Counted from the stretch's first letter, positions 1 through 10,581 are shown. The stretch is 64,000 bases of DNA from an uncultured Candidatus Binatia bacterium (GCA_965218425.1 OZ244621.1:3232001-3296000), one strand, 5' to 3'. Numbers and translations: made by a program. Notes: generated by a model from the letters alone, not told the origin.

Positions 1-1
1 A

Positions 2-157
2 CAGATCTCCATGATTCCCAAGAACACGGTGGCCCTGGATGCTAAACATGCTGAACAAGCGCTCAAGCTTGCGGAAGAGCTTGAGGACCATGACGACGTC
101 CAGGCCGTTTCAGCGAGCTTCGACATCCCGGATGAATTTCTCGATAAGACCGGTTAA
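2..157 (+). CDS. yebC: YebC/PmpR family protein, C-terminal part (runs off window start)
   Basis: Manual translation QISMIPKNTVALDAKHAEQALKLAEELEDHDDVQAVSASFD ending TAA 155-157; LEDxDDVQ motif; usual position upstream of ruvC. Confidence 0.9.
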   Translation, partial: QISMIPKNTVALDAKHAEQALKLAEELEDHDDVQAVSASFDIPDEFLDKTG

Positions 158-198
158 CGGGTCATGGACGGGTTCATAATCTTCGTGCCCAATGGTTA

Positions 199-747
199 AT
201 GGAAATTAACGAAGAGAGGACTTTGGGGATCGATCCAGGGACCGTTCATACGGGGTGGGGGATCATTGAACTCCACCGCGGGTCCCTGATTCACGTGGCC
301 CACGGAACCATTGGGTCCTCATCCAACCAGGGGCAGGGGGTTCGATTAAAACGCATCTATCGTGGACTCCAAGAAGTCATGCAACGCTATAGGCCCAAGA
401 TCATTAGCGTGGAAAAGGTCTTTTTTGCCCGTAACGCTCAAAGCGCGTTGAAGTTAGGGCAGGCCCGCGGTGTGGCGCTGCTGGCCGGGGCCGAGAACGA
501 CCTGAACCTCCAAGAATACACCCCGGTTGTAATCAAGCAATCGGTGGTGGGATACGGTCATGCCAGCAAGCTCCAAATGCAAAAGATGGTTACCTCGCTT
601 CTTCATCTTACCGAACCCATTTCCACAGATGCAGCTGACGCCCTCGCCGCGGCCATCTGCCATCTCCATCAACGGACCTTTCAATCGCGTGTCGAGGCAG
701 CCACGCCACCGCGGCGCCAGGTGGTGCGTCCATGTTCAGGTCGATAA
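199..747 (+). CDS. ruvC: Holliday junction resolvase RuvC
   Basis: LGIDPG, VEKVF, LGQARG, DAADALA motifs. Confidence 0.97.
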   Translation: MEINEERTLGIDPGTVHTGWGIIELHRGSLIHVAHGTIGSSSNQGQGVRLKRIYRGLQEVMQRYRPKIISVEKVFFARNAQSALKLGQARGVALLAGAENDLNLQEYTPVVIKQSVVGYGHASKLQMQKMVTSLLHLTEPISTDAADALAAAICHLHQRTFQSRVEAATPPRRQVVRPCSGR

Positions 748-762
748 GGATGTGTCACACCC

Positions 763-1353
763 ATGATAGCAAAGATAAACGGCTCCCTCGCCCATAAGGA
801 ACCCGGCGAGGTGGTCATCGACGTTGGGGGTATTGGGTATCAACTCTTTATCTCCCTGGGCGTGTTCTACCGTTTACCGGAAATTGGTAAACCGGTGAGC
901 CTTTTCGTTCATACCCATCTACGGGAGGACGCCCTGCAGTTGTTTGGATTCCTCGAGCACGAGGAGAAGCAGACATTTTTGATGATGAATGGAGTGTCCG
1001 GGATCGGGCCAAAGTTGGCCATCGGTATCCTTTCGGGGATTCCATCAAAGGAACTGGTTCGCGCCCTCAGGGAGGGGGACCAGGTGCGCCTCGTTTCGAT
1101 TCCGGGAGTTGGGAAAAAGCTCGCGGAGCGTATGATTGTTGAGTTGAAAGACAAACTGATGGCCTTGCCCGACGAGAAGCAGATGGGTAGACAGGATGGC
1201 AACTCGCAATTGATGCGGGATGCGGTTTCCGCCCTTGTGAACCTGGGATACCGGCGTGGAGAATCGGAAAGTATCGTACGCGAAGTGGTTAACGGTGAAG
1301 CGGGGAACCTGGAAGTGGTTTTGAAAGAAACCCTGCGCAGGTTGAGTCAATAA
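763..1353 (+). CDS. ruvA: Holliday junction branch migration protein RuvA
   Basis: [42 protein letters not shown]. Confidence 0.97.
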   Translation: MIAKINGSLAHKEPGEVVIDVGGIGYQLFISLGVFYRLPEIGKPVSLFVHTHLREDALQLFGFLEHEEKQTFLMMNGVSGIGPKLAIGILSGIPSKELVRALREGDQVRLVSIPGVGKKLAERMIVELKDKLMALPDEKQMGRQDGNSQLMRDAVSALVNLGYRRGESESIVREVVNGEAGNLEVVLKETLRRLSQ

Positions 1354-1366
1354 GGATACAAAACTC

Positions 1367-2458
1367 ATGGCACAACGAGGGGTCATTGAGCCCAAGGGGA
1401 CTTTGGCATCACCCATGGAGGTTAGTCCCAGTGAGATCTCTGTAATACCGACTGAAGAGGATCTAAAATTCGAGATGGGCCTAAGGCCCCGTGCCTTCGA
1501 CGAATATGTAGGACAGGACAAGGTCAAGGAGAACCTCAAAGTTGCCATTGCCGCAGCCCGAGGACGAAACGATGTCCTTGACCACTTCCTCTTCCATGGC
1601 CCGCCGGGGTTGGGGAAGACCTCATTGGCCTATATCATTTCTAGGGAGATGGGAGTCAATATTAAAGCCACCTCCGGCCCTGTGGTGGAGCGACCCGGAG
1701 ATCTGGCTGCGTTGCTCACCAACCTGGAGGAAGGCGATATCCTCTTTATCGACGAGATCCATCGTCTCAACCATGTGGTGGAGGAGGTTCTCTACCCGGC
1801 CATGGAGGACTACCAGATCGATGTCATGATCGGCCAGGGACCTTCTGCCCGATCCATCAAGCTGGAACTCAAGCGCTTCACCCTCATCGGCGCCACCACG
1901 CGATCGGGACTCCTCACACCTGCGCTGCGCAACCGGTTTGGTGCCGTCTTTCGTCTCGATTTCTATTCCCCCGAGACGCTGGTTCAGATTTTGCAAAGAT
2001 CCGCTTCCCTTCTGGGGACGAAGGGAAACCATGAGGGCATGGCAGAAATTGCACGCCGTTCCCGTGGCACCCCCAGGATCGCCAATCGTCTGCTGCGCAG
2101 GGTGCGGGATTACGCTCAGGTGAAGGCGGGCGGGGTGATTACCAAGGAAGCCACTCAGGGTGCCCTGGAGATGCTTGAAATTGACCACATAGGACTCGAT
2201 AAGATGGACATCATGATCCTGTTAACCTTAATTGATAAATTTGGCGGAGGTCCCGCGGGGCTAGAGACCCTTGCCGCCGCCATTGGAGAGGAAAAAGACA
2301 CCATCGAGGACGCCTATGAGCCCTACCTGATACAGGTGGGTTATCTTAACCGCACACCCAGGGGACGCGTGGCCACTCCTTTAGCCTATGAGCACTTTGG
2401 CCGGAGTAAGGAAACCATGCCGCCAAATGCGGGTGGGAAGCAACAGAACTTGCTTTGA
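1367..2458 (+). CDS. ruvB: Holliday junction branch migration ATPase RuvB
   Basis: [39 protein letters not shown]. Confidence 0.98.
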   Translation: MAQRGVIEPKGTLASPMEVSPSEISVIPTEEDLKFEMGLRPRAFDEYVGQDKVKENLKVAIAAARGRNDVLDHFLFHGPPGLGKTSLAYIISREMGVNIKATSGPVVERPGDLAALLTNLEEGDILFIDEIHRLNHVVEEVLYPAMEDYQIDVMIGQGPSARSIKLELKRFTLIGATTRSGLLTPALRNRFGAVFRLDFYSPETLVQILQRSASLLGTKGNHEGMAEIARRSRGTPRIANRLLRRVRDYAQVKAGGVITKEATQGALEMLEIDHIGLDKMDIMILLTLIDKFGGGPAGLETLAAAIGEEKDTIEDAYEPYLIQVGYLNRTPRGRVATPLAYEHFGRSKETMPPNAGGKQQNLL

Positions 2459-2479
2459 GGAAGGGCAAAAAGTACAGTC

Positions 2480-2692
2480 ATGGGGGATTTGGGAAAGGTC
2501 CTTGTTCTCGTTGGTGTACTGCTGGTGGTTCTGGGAGTTATTTTCTCCCTGGGAGCTAAGATCCCGTGGTTGGGGCAGCTCCCCGGTGATATAACCTTCA
2601 GGAGGGGCAACCTTGCCTTCTATTTTCCTTTGGCTACATGCCTGCTTATCAGCGTAATATTAACCCTTGTCCTTTACTTCTTCAAAAGATAG
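2480..2692 (+). CDS. DUF2905 family small membrane protein
   Basis: LGQLPGDI...FYFPLATCLLIS motif; common neighbour of ruvB. Confidence 0.9.
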   Translation: MGDLGKVLVLVGVLLVVLGVIFSLGAKIPWLGQLPGDITFRRGNLAFYFPLATCLLISVILTLVLYFFKR

Positions 2693-2737
2693 AATCTTTC
2701 CACTTTCCGTGACGGTCCACGGAGGGTCCGGTAGCTT

Positions 2738-4978
2738 ATGGCCTCGCAGGACGGGTCAAAAGGAATAGAAGACGGCCTCAGGCAAGAGGAGGCTAAGGGG
2801 AGAAAGCGCGAAGGGATGGTGATGCTTGTCGCCACCCTGATGGTGCTGCTCTTTGCCTTCTTTGAAGTGCTGATCCCGGAACTCTCCACTGAATACTCCT
2901 TCACCAACAATATCGCATTCTTTCTCCTCGTTAACATCAACATTATTCTTCTCGTTTTGCTGGTGTTCCTGGTGGTGCGCAACCTGGTCAAGCTCCTGTT
3001 CGAGAGAAGGCGGAAGGTACTGGGATCACGCCTTCGGGTGCGGCTGGTCCTTGTCTTTGTTGGACTCTCGCTCATCCCCACCTTACTGCTATTTTTTATT
3101 GCTGGAGGATTCGTAACGAAGTCCTTTGAGAAATGGTTTGGGGTACAGGTGGCCAATGCGCTGCGCGGTTCGCTGGAAATAGGTGAGACCTATTACCAGA
3201 ACTCAGCGAATAACGCCCTGTTTTATGCCCGCCAGCTCAGCCAGCGTATCACCGAGGCGGGGCTGTTTGATCCCAAGTCTATGGACGGTCTGAAGGCCTT
3301 CGTGAAGGCCAAACAGCGCGAGTACAATCTGGGAACGGTGGAAGTCTTCTCCCCTGATCGTAAGCCCCTGGTGGTGGCCTTCAATGACAAAGTGCCCACG
3401 GGCATCACGGTCAAACCCGAATCCGAATTCCTCGATCGTGCGTTGCGTGGACTAGAGGTGACCCGGACTCAAGGGTTTGGAGAGGGAGACATTATCCGGG
3501 GAGGAGTCCCCGTAAAGAGTCAGGACGGAAAAATCCTGGGGGTCGTGGTGGTGGACTACTTTGTCCCCAGGAGTGTCACAAAGAGGGCACTTCAGATCAG
3601 GCGCTCCTATGATGAGCACAAGAACATGGCCATCTTTAAAGAGGATATTAAAAATACTTACCTGTTGACCCTGATCCTCTTTACTCTTGTGATTATCTTT
3701 TCCGCCACCTGGTTCGGCCTTTACCTGGCCAAGGGTATTACCGGTCCCATCCAAAAGCTTGCCGAGGGAACCCATGAGGTGGCCCACGGGAATTGGGACT
3801 ATCAGATCGACGCCAGCGGCGATGATGAGATTAGTATGCTCGTGGGTTCTTTCAACCAGATGACCCGCGATCTCAAGCAGATCAACGCGGAACTGGAACA
3901 GAGACGACGTTATATGGAGACCCTGTTGACCAACGTTACGGCAGGGGTGGTATTCGTGGATCGCCAGGGAAAGGTCCAAACCATCAACCGAGCTGCAGAA
4001 CAGATCTTGGGTCTGGATGCGGGTGAAGTGCTGGGACAACGATACGACAAGGTTTTTCAGTCTGATTCCCTTGTGGTTCTAGAGGAGATCATCGATCGTG
4101 TGCAGGGCGGCAGAGGCATCAAGCGCGAGGTCAGGGTTTCGAGAAGCGACCGGATCCTGACCTTGCTGGTGACCGCCGCTATCTTAAGGGATGATGGTGA
4201 ACAAGTGTTGGGAGTCATGATGTTTGTGGAGGACATCACCGAGATCCAGAAAGTACAACGGATGGGGGCATGGCGCGAGGTGGCCCGGCGCATTGCCCAC
4301 GAGATCAAAAATCCTCTCACTCCCATTCAGCTTTCCGCTCAACGTCTGAGGAAACGCTACGAGCATCTTCTGGAAAGCGACGGTGCAGTACTGGAAAAGT
4401 GCACTTCTACGATCATTAAACAGGTGGAGGAGCTCAAGAACCTGGTGAACGAATTCTCTAACTTCGCCCGTCTACCAACGGCGGAGCTGGCCCCCAATGA
4501 TCTCAACCAGGTGGTTAAAGAGGCTCTCTTTCTTTTCAAGGAGGGACACAGGGATTTGGAATTTCGCTTTGACAAGCGGGGAGACCTCCCGCTGCTCGAT
4601 CTGGACCGGGAACAGATCAAACGTGTCTTGATGAACCTGCTGGACAACGCGGTGGCTGTGGTGGGAGATGGCGGAAAAATCGAAATCTCCACCGAGTATG
4701 ACCCCTCCTTGCGTATCGTTCACCTGGAGGTTGCGGACAACGGTTGTGGATTGTCTCCCGAAGTGAGAGAAAATATTTTCGAACCTTACTTTTCTACCAA
4801 GAAAAACGGGACGGGTTTAGGTCTGGCCATCGTGAGCACCATCGTGTCGGATCACCGGGGTTATATACGGGTACGTCAAAACGAACCCACGGGTACGCGG
4901 TTTATCGTTGAATTGCCCGTGACGGCCCAGGACCAGCCCGTGGAATTGACAAAGCGAGAGCACGGACTTTCGATCTAA
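2738..4978 (+). CDS. ntrY: NtrY-like multi-TM HAMP-PAS sensor histidine kinase
   Basis: N-terminal TM helices, periplasmic domain, HAMP, PAS, H-box AWREVARRIAHEIKNPLTPIQL, DNGCG and GTGLGL boxes. Confidence 0.9.
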   Translation: MASQDGSKGIEDGLRQEEAKGRKREGMVMLVATLMVLLFAFFEVLIPELSTEYSFTNNIAFFLLVNINIILLVLLVFLVVRNLVKLLFERRRKVLGSRLRVRLVLVFVGLSLIPTLLLFFIAGGFVTKSFEKWFGVQVANALRGSLEIGETYYQNSANNALFYARQLSQRITEAGLFDPKSMDGLKAFVKAKQREYNLGTVEVFSPDRKPLVVAFNDKVPTGITVKPESEFLDRALRGLEVTRTQGFGEGDIIRGGVPVKSQDGKILGVVVVDYFVPRSVTKRALQIRRSYDEHKNMAIFKEDIKNTYLLTLILFTLVIIFSATWFGLYLAKGITGPIQKLAEGTHEVAHGNWDYQIDASGDDEISMLVGSFNQMTRDLKQINAELEQRRRYMETLLTNVTAGVVFVDRQGKVQTINRAAEQILGLDAGEVLGQRYDKVFQSDSLVVLEEIIDRVQGGRGIKREVRVSRSDRILTLLVTAAILRDDGEQVLGVMMFVEDITEIQKVQRMGAWREVARRIAHEIKNPLTPIQLSAQRLRKRYEHLLESDGAVLEKCTSTIIKQVEELKNLVNEFSNFARLPTAELAPNDLNQVVKEALFLFKEGHRDLEFRFDKRGDLPLLDLDREQIKRVLMNLLDNAVAVVGDGGKIEISTEYDPSLRIVHLEVADNGCGLSPEVRENIFEPYFSTKKNGTGLGLAIVSTIVSDHRGYIRVRQNEPTGTRFIVELPVTAQDQPVELTKREHGLSI

Positions 4979-5018
4979 CAGCTGGTCAAATGGAGTTAAA
5001 GGCGGAGGAGAACGCGGA

Positions 5019-6341
5019 GTGAAAAGGAACGAAAATACTATTTTAGTTATCGATGATGAGGACGGTGTCCGGGAGACCGTAAGGGAGATCCTCACGGACG
5101 AAGGCTATCAAGTGGTGGAGGCAAAAAATGAGGCCATGGTGCAGGATTTGATCCGCAAGGAGCTGCCCCATCTCGTCTTGCTGGATATCTGGATGCCCAA
5201 CGTGGATGGTATCGATCTTTTAAAACAGATCAAGGAGCAACACCCGAACCTTCGGGTGATTATGATCTCAGGTCACGGCAACATCCACACTGCTGTGACG
5301 GCGGCCAAACTAGGTGCATTTGACTTCTTGGAGAAACCGCTTTCCCTGGAAAGTTTATTGGAAACGGTTCAGCGGGCCTTGGAGGGGCAACCTGCCGTAA
5401 AGACGGCGGCAGAAGTAAAGAGAACCAAAACCACCCAAGGACAAGGGCGTCCTAGGGCGGTGACATCCAAACGATCACGCAAGAAGACCCTGCATCAGAG
5501 GACCCTGAAAAAGAGTGTGGTGGGTGCCGGCCATGGACTTCACTCCGGGGTGAAAACAGGCCTCATCCTCCATCCATTGCCTCCCAATAGCGGCATTCTT
5601 TTCTCCAGTATTTCGGCCGATGCCACGGTTCCCGCCCATCTCCACTACGTGCTCTCCACCGGGTATGCCACCTCTCTTCAAAAAAAGGGCATCATGGTCA
5701 AAACAGTGGAGCATTTTCTCGCCGCCCTGCACTCCTATGGAATTAGCAACCTGCTGGTCAAGATGCATGGAGAAATTCCCATCATGGATGGATCTGCGTT
5801 GGAATTTTGCCGCCTCATCGAAGAAGCCGGCATTGAGGAGCAGGATGCCCAGTGGTCGGAGATTGTGGTGGATAAGCCCTACCGAACGGAAACGGATGGG
5901 GGGGAATGGATTACTGTAGAGCCAGCAGACACCTTTGGGGTCCGCTATATTCTAAACTATCCAGCTCCCGTGGGCACCCAGGAGCACACCTATATCTACT
6001 CCGGTGCGGATTCCTTTCGAGAGGAGATTGCGGGGGCTCGTACCTTTGGATTTGTGAAGGATATCGAACATCTGGAAAAAATGGGACTGGCCAATGGAGG
6101 CCGCCTTAGCAATTGCATCCTGATTGGTGATGAGAAGATCATCAACACGGATCTTCGTTTCCCCGATGAATTGGCCAGGCACAAAATTCTGGACATCGTA
6201 GGCGATTTTTATTTGTTGGGGAAGCCCATTCGAGGCATGGTGACGGCTTGCATGACCGGACACTCGGACAATATTGCTTTACTCAGAGAGATGAAAAGGG
6301 GCATGGCCCTGGAAGAGGAGCCTCGGGTCAACCCTAGCTAG
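5019..6341 (+). CDS. lpxC: Receiver (REC) domain fused to UDP-3-O-acyl-GlcNAc deacetylase LpxC
   Basis: aa ~5-121 REC (VIDDE, LLDIWMP, MISGHG, FLEKP); basic linker; from ~aa160 LpxC (QRTL, GLHSG, TVEHFLAAL, EIPIMDGSA, ARTFGF, HKILDIVGD, GH); one uninterrupted ORF. Confidence 0.93.
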   Translation: MKRNENTILVIDDEDGVRETVREILTDEGYQVVEAKNEAMVQDLIRKELPHLVLLDIWMPNVDGIDLLKQIKEQHPNLRVIMISGHGNIHTAVTAAKLGAFDFLEKPLSLESLLETVQRALEGQPAVKTAAEVKRTKTTQGQGRPRAVTSKRSRKKTLHQRTLKKSVVGAGHGLHSGVKTGLILHPLPPNSGILFSSISADATVPAHLHYVLSTGYATSLQKKGIMVKTVEHFLAALHSYGISNLLVKMHGEIPIMDGSALEFCRLIEEAGIEEQDAQWSEIVVDKPYRTETDGGEWITVEPADTFGVRYILNYPAPVGTQEHTYIYSGADSFREEIAGARTFGFVKDIEHLEKMGLANGGRLSNCILIGDEKIINTDLRFPDELARHKILDIVGDFYLLGKPIRGMVTACMTGHSDNIALLREMKRGMALEEEPRVNPS

Positions 6342-6344
6342 ATC

Positions 6345-6785
6345 ATGGCAAACTTCCAACCCTTTCCTCGTCTTTTCACTGTGGCCGAGGCGAGGTCCCT
6401 TCTTCCTACTTTGCGTCCTTTGATTGAACAGGTATTTCAAAGCCTCGAAGTTATGAAGAGCAAGAGCGAGGCGCTGATTCGCAGGGAGGGGCTCAACCCC
6501 GACAGCCCCGATTTACAAAAGAAGCTCGAAGCGGACGATACAGTTGCCGGCGTCATACGCCGGGTGGAAGGATTAGTGGAGCGGATCAACGATCTTGGCT
6601 GTGTCTGCAAGGGAGTGGAGCAGGGTCTTGTGGATTTTCCCTGCCTCTTGGGAGATGAGGTAGTGTTTCTCTGTTGGCAGTATGGCGAAGAAGACGTTAA
6701 CCATTGGCACAGTATCCATGATGGGTTTACGGGGCGCCGAACTTTGCTCGATCTAGATGAAGAGAAAAAGACTTCCTATCACTGA
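6345..6785 (+). CDS. DUF2203 domain protein
   Basis: FTVAEARSLLP, KG.EQGLVDFP, LCWQYGE, WH...DGFTGR. Confidence 0.9.
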   Translation: MANFQPFPRLFTVAEARSLLPTLRPLIEQVFQSLEVMKSKSEALIRREGLNPDSPDLQKKLEADDTVAGVIRRVEGLVERINDLGCVCKGVEQGLVDFPCLLGDEVVFLCWQYGEEDVNHWHSIHDGFTGRRTLLDLDEEKKTSYH

Positions 6786-7507
6786 TGGGAACCCTTCCTG
6801 AGGGTCCTCCTCGCCTTGAGCACCGGAATCGCGTCAATTTTCTCCTGAGAGATCATAGACCAATAGATTCCGCGTGGTTTGCCCTTGCTGGGACCAAGAG
6901 CCAGGACCTTTTCCGGGGTAATGATTGCGTTGATCGGTATGTCATGTTCGGTCATAGGTATCTCCGAATTGAGGAGTTGCAAGGGGTGGATGGTGGTGAC
7001 GATTGGAGTACTGGCGTCCACTTGCCCTTCTTCCCTGAGCAGAGCATATTCCAGGTCTGAATAGCCTCCTCCCTTGCCCACCCGCGCTCCTTTCCCATTC
7101 ACCGCCACGGATCCGCAAACAATGAGATGGATCTTTTTTATCTTTTCCATGGCCACTGGGCGTCCGTACTTTGTAGCCCCTTTGATGGAGGAGGCGTGGA
7201 AAGGGGAGACTTTCAAGTGTCTTGGGTCCAACTCGATGAATGGCTTCATGCTTTGAAGTCTCGGCACCGCCATATAAACGATCTTACCTTCCTCAAGAGC
7301 CCTTTGACGTACGGCCCTTTGAGGGGAATCCGGGTTGGCTTTGATCCTTTTGGCTTGCTGCCAGGAGGGTAGCTGACTGAGAAGATGAGCACACCTTTCG
7401 GAACCCACGAAGTTGGGAATCCTTCCCTGGGGGCCAGGGAAGCGGGCCACCTGCTTTTCTTTCATGATTTGCCAGATCCCCGCGCGAATGTCGTCCTTTC
7501 TCTCCAT
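6779..7507 (-). CDS. 5-formyltetrahydrofolate cyclo-ligase-like protein (COG0212-type)
   Basis: GRIPNFVG, NPDSPQ, GSVAV..GARVGKGGGYSDLEY, HDIP. Confidence 0.88.
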   Translation of the reverse strand: MERKDDIRAGIWQIMKEKQVARFPGPQGRIPNFVGSERCAHLLSQLPSWQQAKRIKANPDSPQRAVRQRALEEGKIVYMAVPRLQSMKPFIELDPRHLKVSPFHASSIKGATKYGRPVAMEKIKKIHLIVCGSVAVNGKGARVGKGGGYSDLEYALLREEGQVDASTPIVTTIHPLQLLNSEIPMTEHDIPINAIITPEKVLALGPSKGKPRGIYWSMISQEKIDAIPVLKARRTLRKGSHQ

Positions 7508-7551
7508 GGCGAGCGCCTGGTCTAATGGAATTGAGTGTTGGACAGTTACGG

Positions 7552-8628
7552 CTAGCCCTGGGAAAGCAAATTACTCAAATCGATGATACCGGCATTGGCG
7601 CGGGAAATATAGGATGACATCACCAGCGAGTAATTTGCAGTGAAGCCGAAATCCGCTCCGTTGAGAACCATTGGGCTCCATACTGTTCGTTGCGTTGCTT
7701 CCAATTCTCGGATGATCTGTTGGACACTTCTCATGGCATTTTTTTTCTCAAGAACTTCCTTGAAGTCGACCTCCACAGCACGTAGGAAAAGGATCAAGGC
7801 CCAACAGGTTCCTCGCGCCTCGTAAAAGACATCATCAATCTCCAGCCAGGGTGTTTTTATCCCTACTTCGAAGTTCGGCAGGGTGGATTGCTGTGCCTCA
7901 GCATCCCCTGCCAGGTCCGTGTTGATACGAATTTGTCCCACACTGGCGCTCAAGCGTTGGGATAGGCTCCCCAGACGATTGGCCACCACCTTGAGCCAGT
8001 CGCGAAGATTATCCGCACGGGAATAAAATTGCGTGCCCGTATTCGCAGTGTCCGCCACCCCGGCTAGATAACCCTTTAACGCCTCAATTCCCTTGCGGTA
8101 TTCGGTCTCTGCAGAAGGGAACAGCCATGCCTCGTTATCTACGTTGAATTGCGGCTCTGCCTTGGCCAGATCCACGTTCTCCTTTGATTGGGTTTGACCG
8201 CGGCTGATGTCGTTTCGCAACACGCGTGTAAGATCTCGTACCTGGACTAGAGCACCGTATTCCCAGCCGGGCATGTTATCCATGAATACGCCGGGCGGCA
8301 GCACGTCGTTGGTCAAATAGCCACCGGGTTTGTCCAGTAAATTACTTGCCACCTTGATTAGCGTGCTGGTGGTAACATAGCCCGTCACCAGATTTTCGTT
8401 GCGGTCTGCGGCCTGATACTCGGCCACTTGCTGAACATCGAAAAGATTCGGCTCGTTGCTCCAGTAGACCACCACGGTGAATAAAAGCAAAAAAATCAGT
8501 ACCAGGGTGAGGCCTACGGCCCGCATTCTACCCCGGAGTTTCAAATTCCGCGGATTCAATCGTGACAGGATTCGCTTTATTGGATTTTGAGGTTGAATGG
8601 TTTCTGTCTGGATATCGGGAACAGCCAC
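7552..8628 (-). CDS. DUF2333 family protein
   Basis: N-terminal TM; YWSNEP, KPGGYLTND, DNMPGWEYG, FYSRADNL, DDVFYEARG. Confidence 0.85.
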   Translation of the reverse strand: MAVPDIQTETIQPQNPIKRILSRLNPRNLKLRGRMRAVGLTLVLIFLLLFTVVVYWSNEPNLFDVQQVAEYQAADRNENLVTGYVTTSTLIKVASNLLDKPGGYLTNDVLPPGVFMDNMPGWEYGALVQVRDLTRVLRNDISRGQTQSKENVDLAKAEPQFNVDNEAWLFPSAETEYRKGIEALKGYLAGVADTANTGTQFYSRADNLRDWLKVVANRLGSLSQRLSASVGQIRINTDLAGDAEAQQSTLPNFEVGIKTPWLEIDDVFYEARGTCWALILFLRAVEVDFKEVLEKKNAMRSVQQIIRELEATQRTVWSPMVLNGADFGFTANYSLVMSSYISRANAGIIDLSNLLSQG

Positions 8629-8970
8629 AAACTCTCTCCTTCGAATTCATTCGCAAAATGGCATAGGGTGCCCACATTCGGGACCAAAACCAAACCGTCG
8701 TGTGCTCTTTACAATACTCGATTCCGGCGCGGAAAGCGATCTTGATCCTTGTCCCATGGCCAAATTGGGTATGGCGGCTGGACGCTGCCCTCTGACTCAT
8801 GGTATAGCGAGACATAATCCTATGCCATTGCATCACTTTCGTTTTGTGAGGGAGATCACCCCGATCCCCCAACTCTGGAGATCCCTCTGAGCCCACCGAC
8901 TTCCGATAAAGACGAGTCTTCGCCAGAGCCAGCGGCCGCTCGGAAACGCCACCGGGTACTCCAGGCAGTA

Positions 8971-10197
8971 TTGCGCAACCGCGCCTTTGAGGTGATTGGG
9001 TTCCCCGAGTTTCGTTTGCTCTGGTTCGGGCAATCCCTCATGGGCATGGCCACCTGGATGGATCAGGTTGCCAGGGGTTGGCTCATGTATGAGCTAACCA
9101 ATTCACCGGTTCAGCTTGGGCTCGTGCGGGGAATCCAGGCTATCCCGATCCTTTTGTTGTCGCCATTGGCTGGCAGCGCCGCCGACCGCTATGACCGAAA
9201 GACCCAGCTGATGATTGTGCAGATACTGGACTTCTTAATGTATGGCGCAGTCGCCTTGCTCGTATTCACGGATAGCATTCGGCCATGGCATGTGTACGTG
9301 ACTGCGGTAGGGATGTCTACAGTCCAGTCGTTTCAGCATCCCGCCCGCGCTTCCATGGTCGCCGACTCTGTGCCCACGAGCCATCTGACCAACGCCATCG
9401 GTCTAAATTCTGTTGTCTTTAATGTGAGCCGGAGCACCGGCCCAGCGCTGGCAGGTCTCCTCATCGCCATGTTCGGCACCGGCAGCTCCTATGCCGTCCA
9501 GGCCGCTTTTTGCATACTCGCAACTGCTTATACAGTTCAGCTCCGTATAAGCTCGCCTTCTTCTGTCAGCTCTCAGGGGCACGGCACGAAGAGAACGTCC
9601 CTAGGCCGGAGCATTCTAGACGGATGGGAGTTCAGCTGGAGGACCGAAAATGTTCGCATTGGGCTACTCATTACATCCCTTGCATCGCTGTTCATCATTC
9701 CCTTCTCAACTCTCCTGCCAGTGTTCGCAAAGGACGTTCTTGGAGTTGGTGCCACCGGACAGGGTTTGCTTCTCACCGCTATGGGTATCGGTGCCTTGAT
9801 GAGCTCCGTCCTCATCGCTTCACTTGGGGACAGATTAGCCAGGGGCGTTGTCATGCTGGGTGGGGTAGCTCTCTACGGGGTCAGCGTCATCGCCTTCGCC
9901 TGGTCTCCATGGTTCAAGCTCTCCTTCCCATTGATGATTTTGGTGGGCCTCTTTCATGTTGCCTCACACGCCCTGGTGCAGACTGTGGTCCAATCCTACT
10001 CTCCCTCGGAGTTCCGCGGCCGGGTTATGGCCATCTACCATCAGACCCACTTCGTTCACACCATGGGTAGCGTGCTCATTGGGGCCTTGGCCTCAATCTG
10101 GGGAGCGCAGTGGTCGGTTGCATCCATGGCTGCAATGGGTGCGCTGTCCATGGTCATCATCCATGTGACAATGCCCCGTACTCGGCTCATTCGGTAG
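8971..10197 (+). CDS. MFS transporter (start may be upstream, CTG at 8887)
   Basis: Multi-TM MFS, GSAADRYDRK motif; paralog of 14343..15680. Confidence 0.9.
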   Translation: MRNRAFEVIGFPEFRLLWFGQSLMGMATWMDQVARGWLMYELTNSPVQLGLVRGIQAIPILLLSPLAGSAADRYDRKTQLMIVQILDFLMYGAVALLVFTDSIRPWHVYVTAVGMSTVQSFQHPARASMVADSVPTSHLTNAIGLNSVVFNVSRSTGPALAGLLIAMFGTGSSYAVQAAFCILATAYTVQLRISSPSSVSSQGHGTKRTSLGRSILDGWEFSWRTENVRIGLLITSLASLFIIPFSTLLPVFAKDVLGVGATGQGLLLTAMGIGALMSSVLIASLGDRLARGVVMLGGVALYGVSVIAFAWSPWFKLSFPLMILVGLFHVASHALVQTVVQSYSPSEFRGRVMAIYHQTHFVHTMGSVLIGALASIWGAQWSVASMAAMGALSMVIIHVTMPRTRLIR

Positions 10198-10395
10198 GCG
10201 AACCACGACCCCATACCACAGAGTCAAGTGGACGACAGCCCCCGGCCCATGGTATATAGAGTGAGGTTGTTCTGAGCCACGGTTTGGTTTCATTGTTAAA
10301 GATCATCCCCACAGCCCAGTTCTGGAGACTCCCGGAATTCAACTACCACTGGAAAAGAAGGATCCGCCGCGAGTGCAGGTACAACCCCTGAGCCG

Positions 10396-10581
10396 ATGAC
10401 AACTGAACCCACCTCCCGCCTCTTGCGGGCCTTAAGTCGGGTTAGAGCCTTTGAAGCCCTTCGCTACTATGAGTTCCGTTTGCTCTGGCTGGGGCAGCTG
10501 TCCACAGCCATGGGTACCTGGATGGCTCAGGTGGCGCGGGGTTGGCTCATATGTCAGCTCACCAACTCAACTGAAGGTTGA
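10396..10581 (+). pseudogene. Truncated MFS paralog (first TM only)
   Basis: RAFEALRYYEFRLLWLGQ...TWMAQVARGWL..LTNS matches the N-termini of the MFS genes at 8971 and 14343, then stops. Confidence 0.85.

Noticed and set aside
5380..5495. REC-LpxC as two genes joined by a lost stop codon
   Set aside because: No RBS plus start codon is evident just before QRTL and the linker is open and low-complexity; still needs confirmation from homologs
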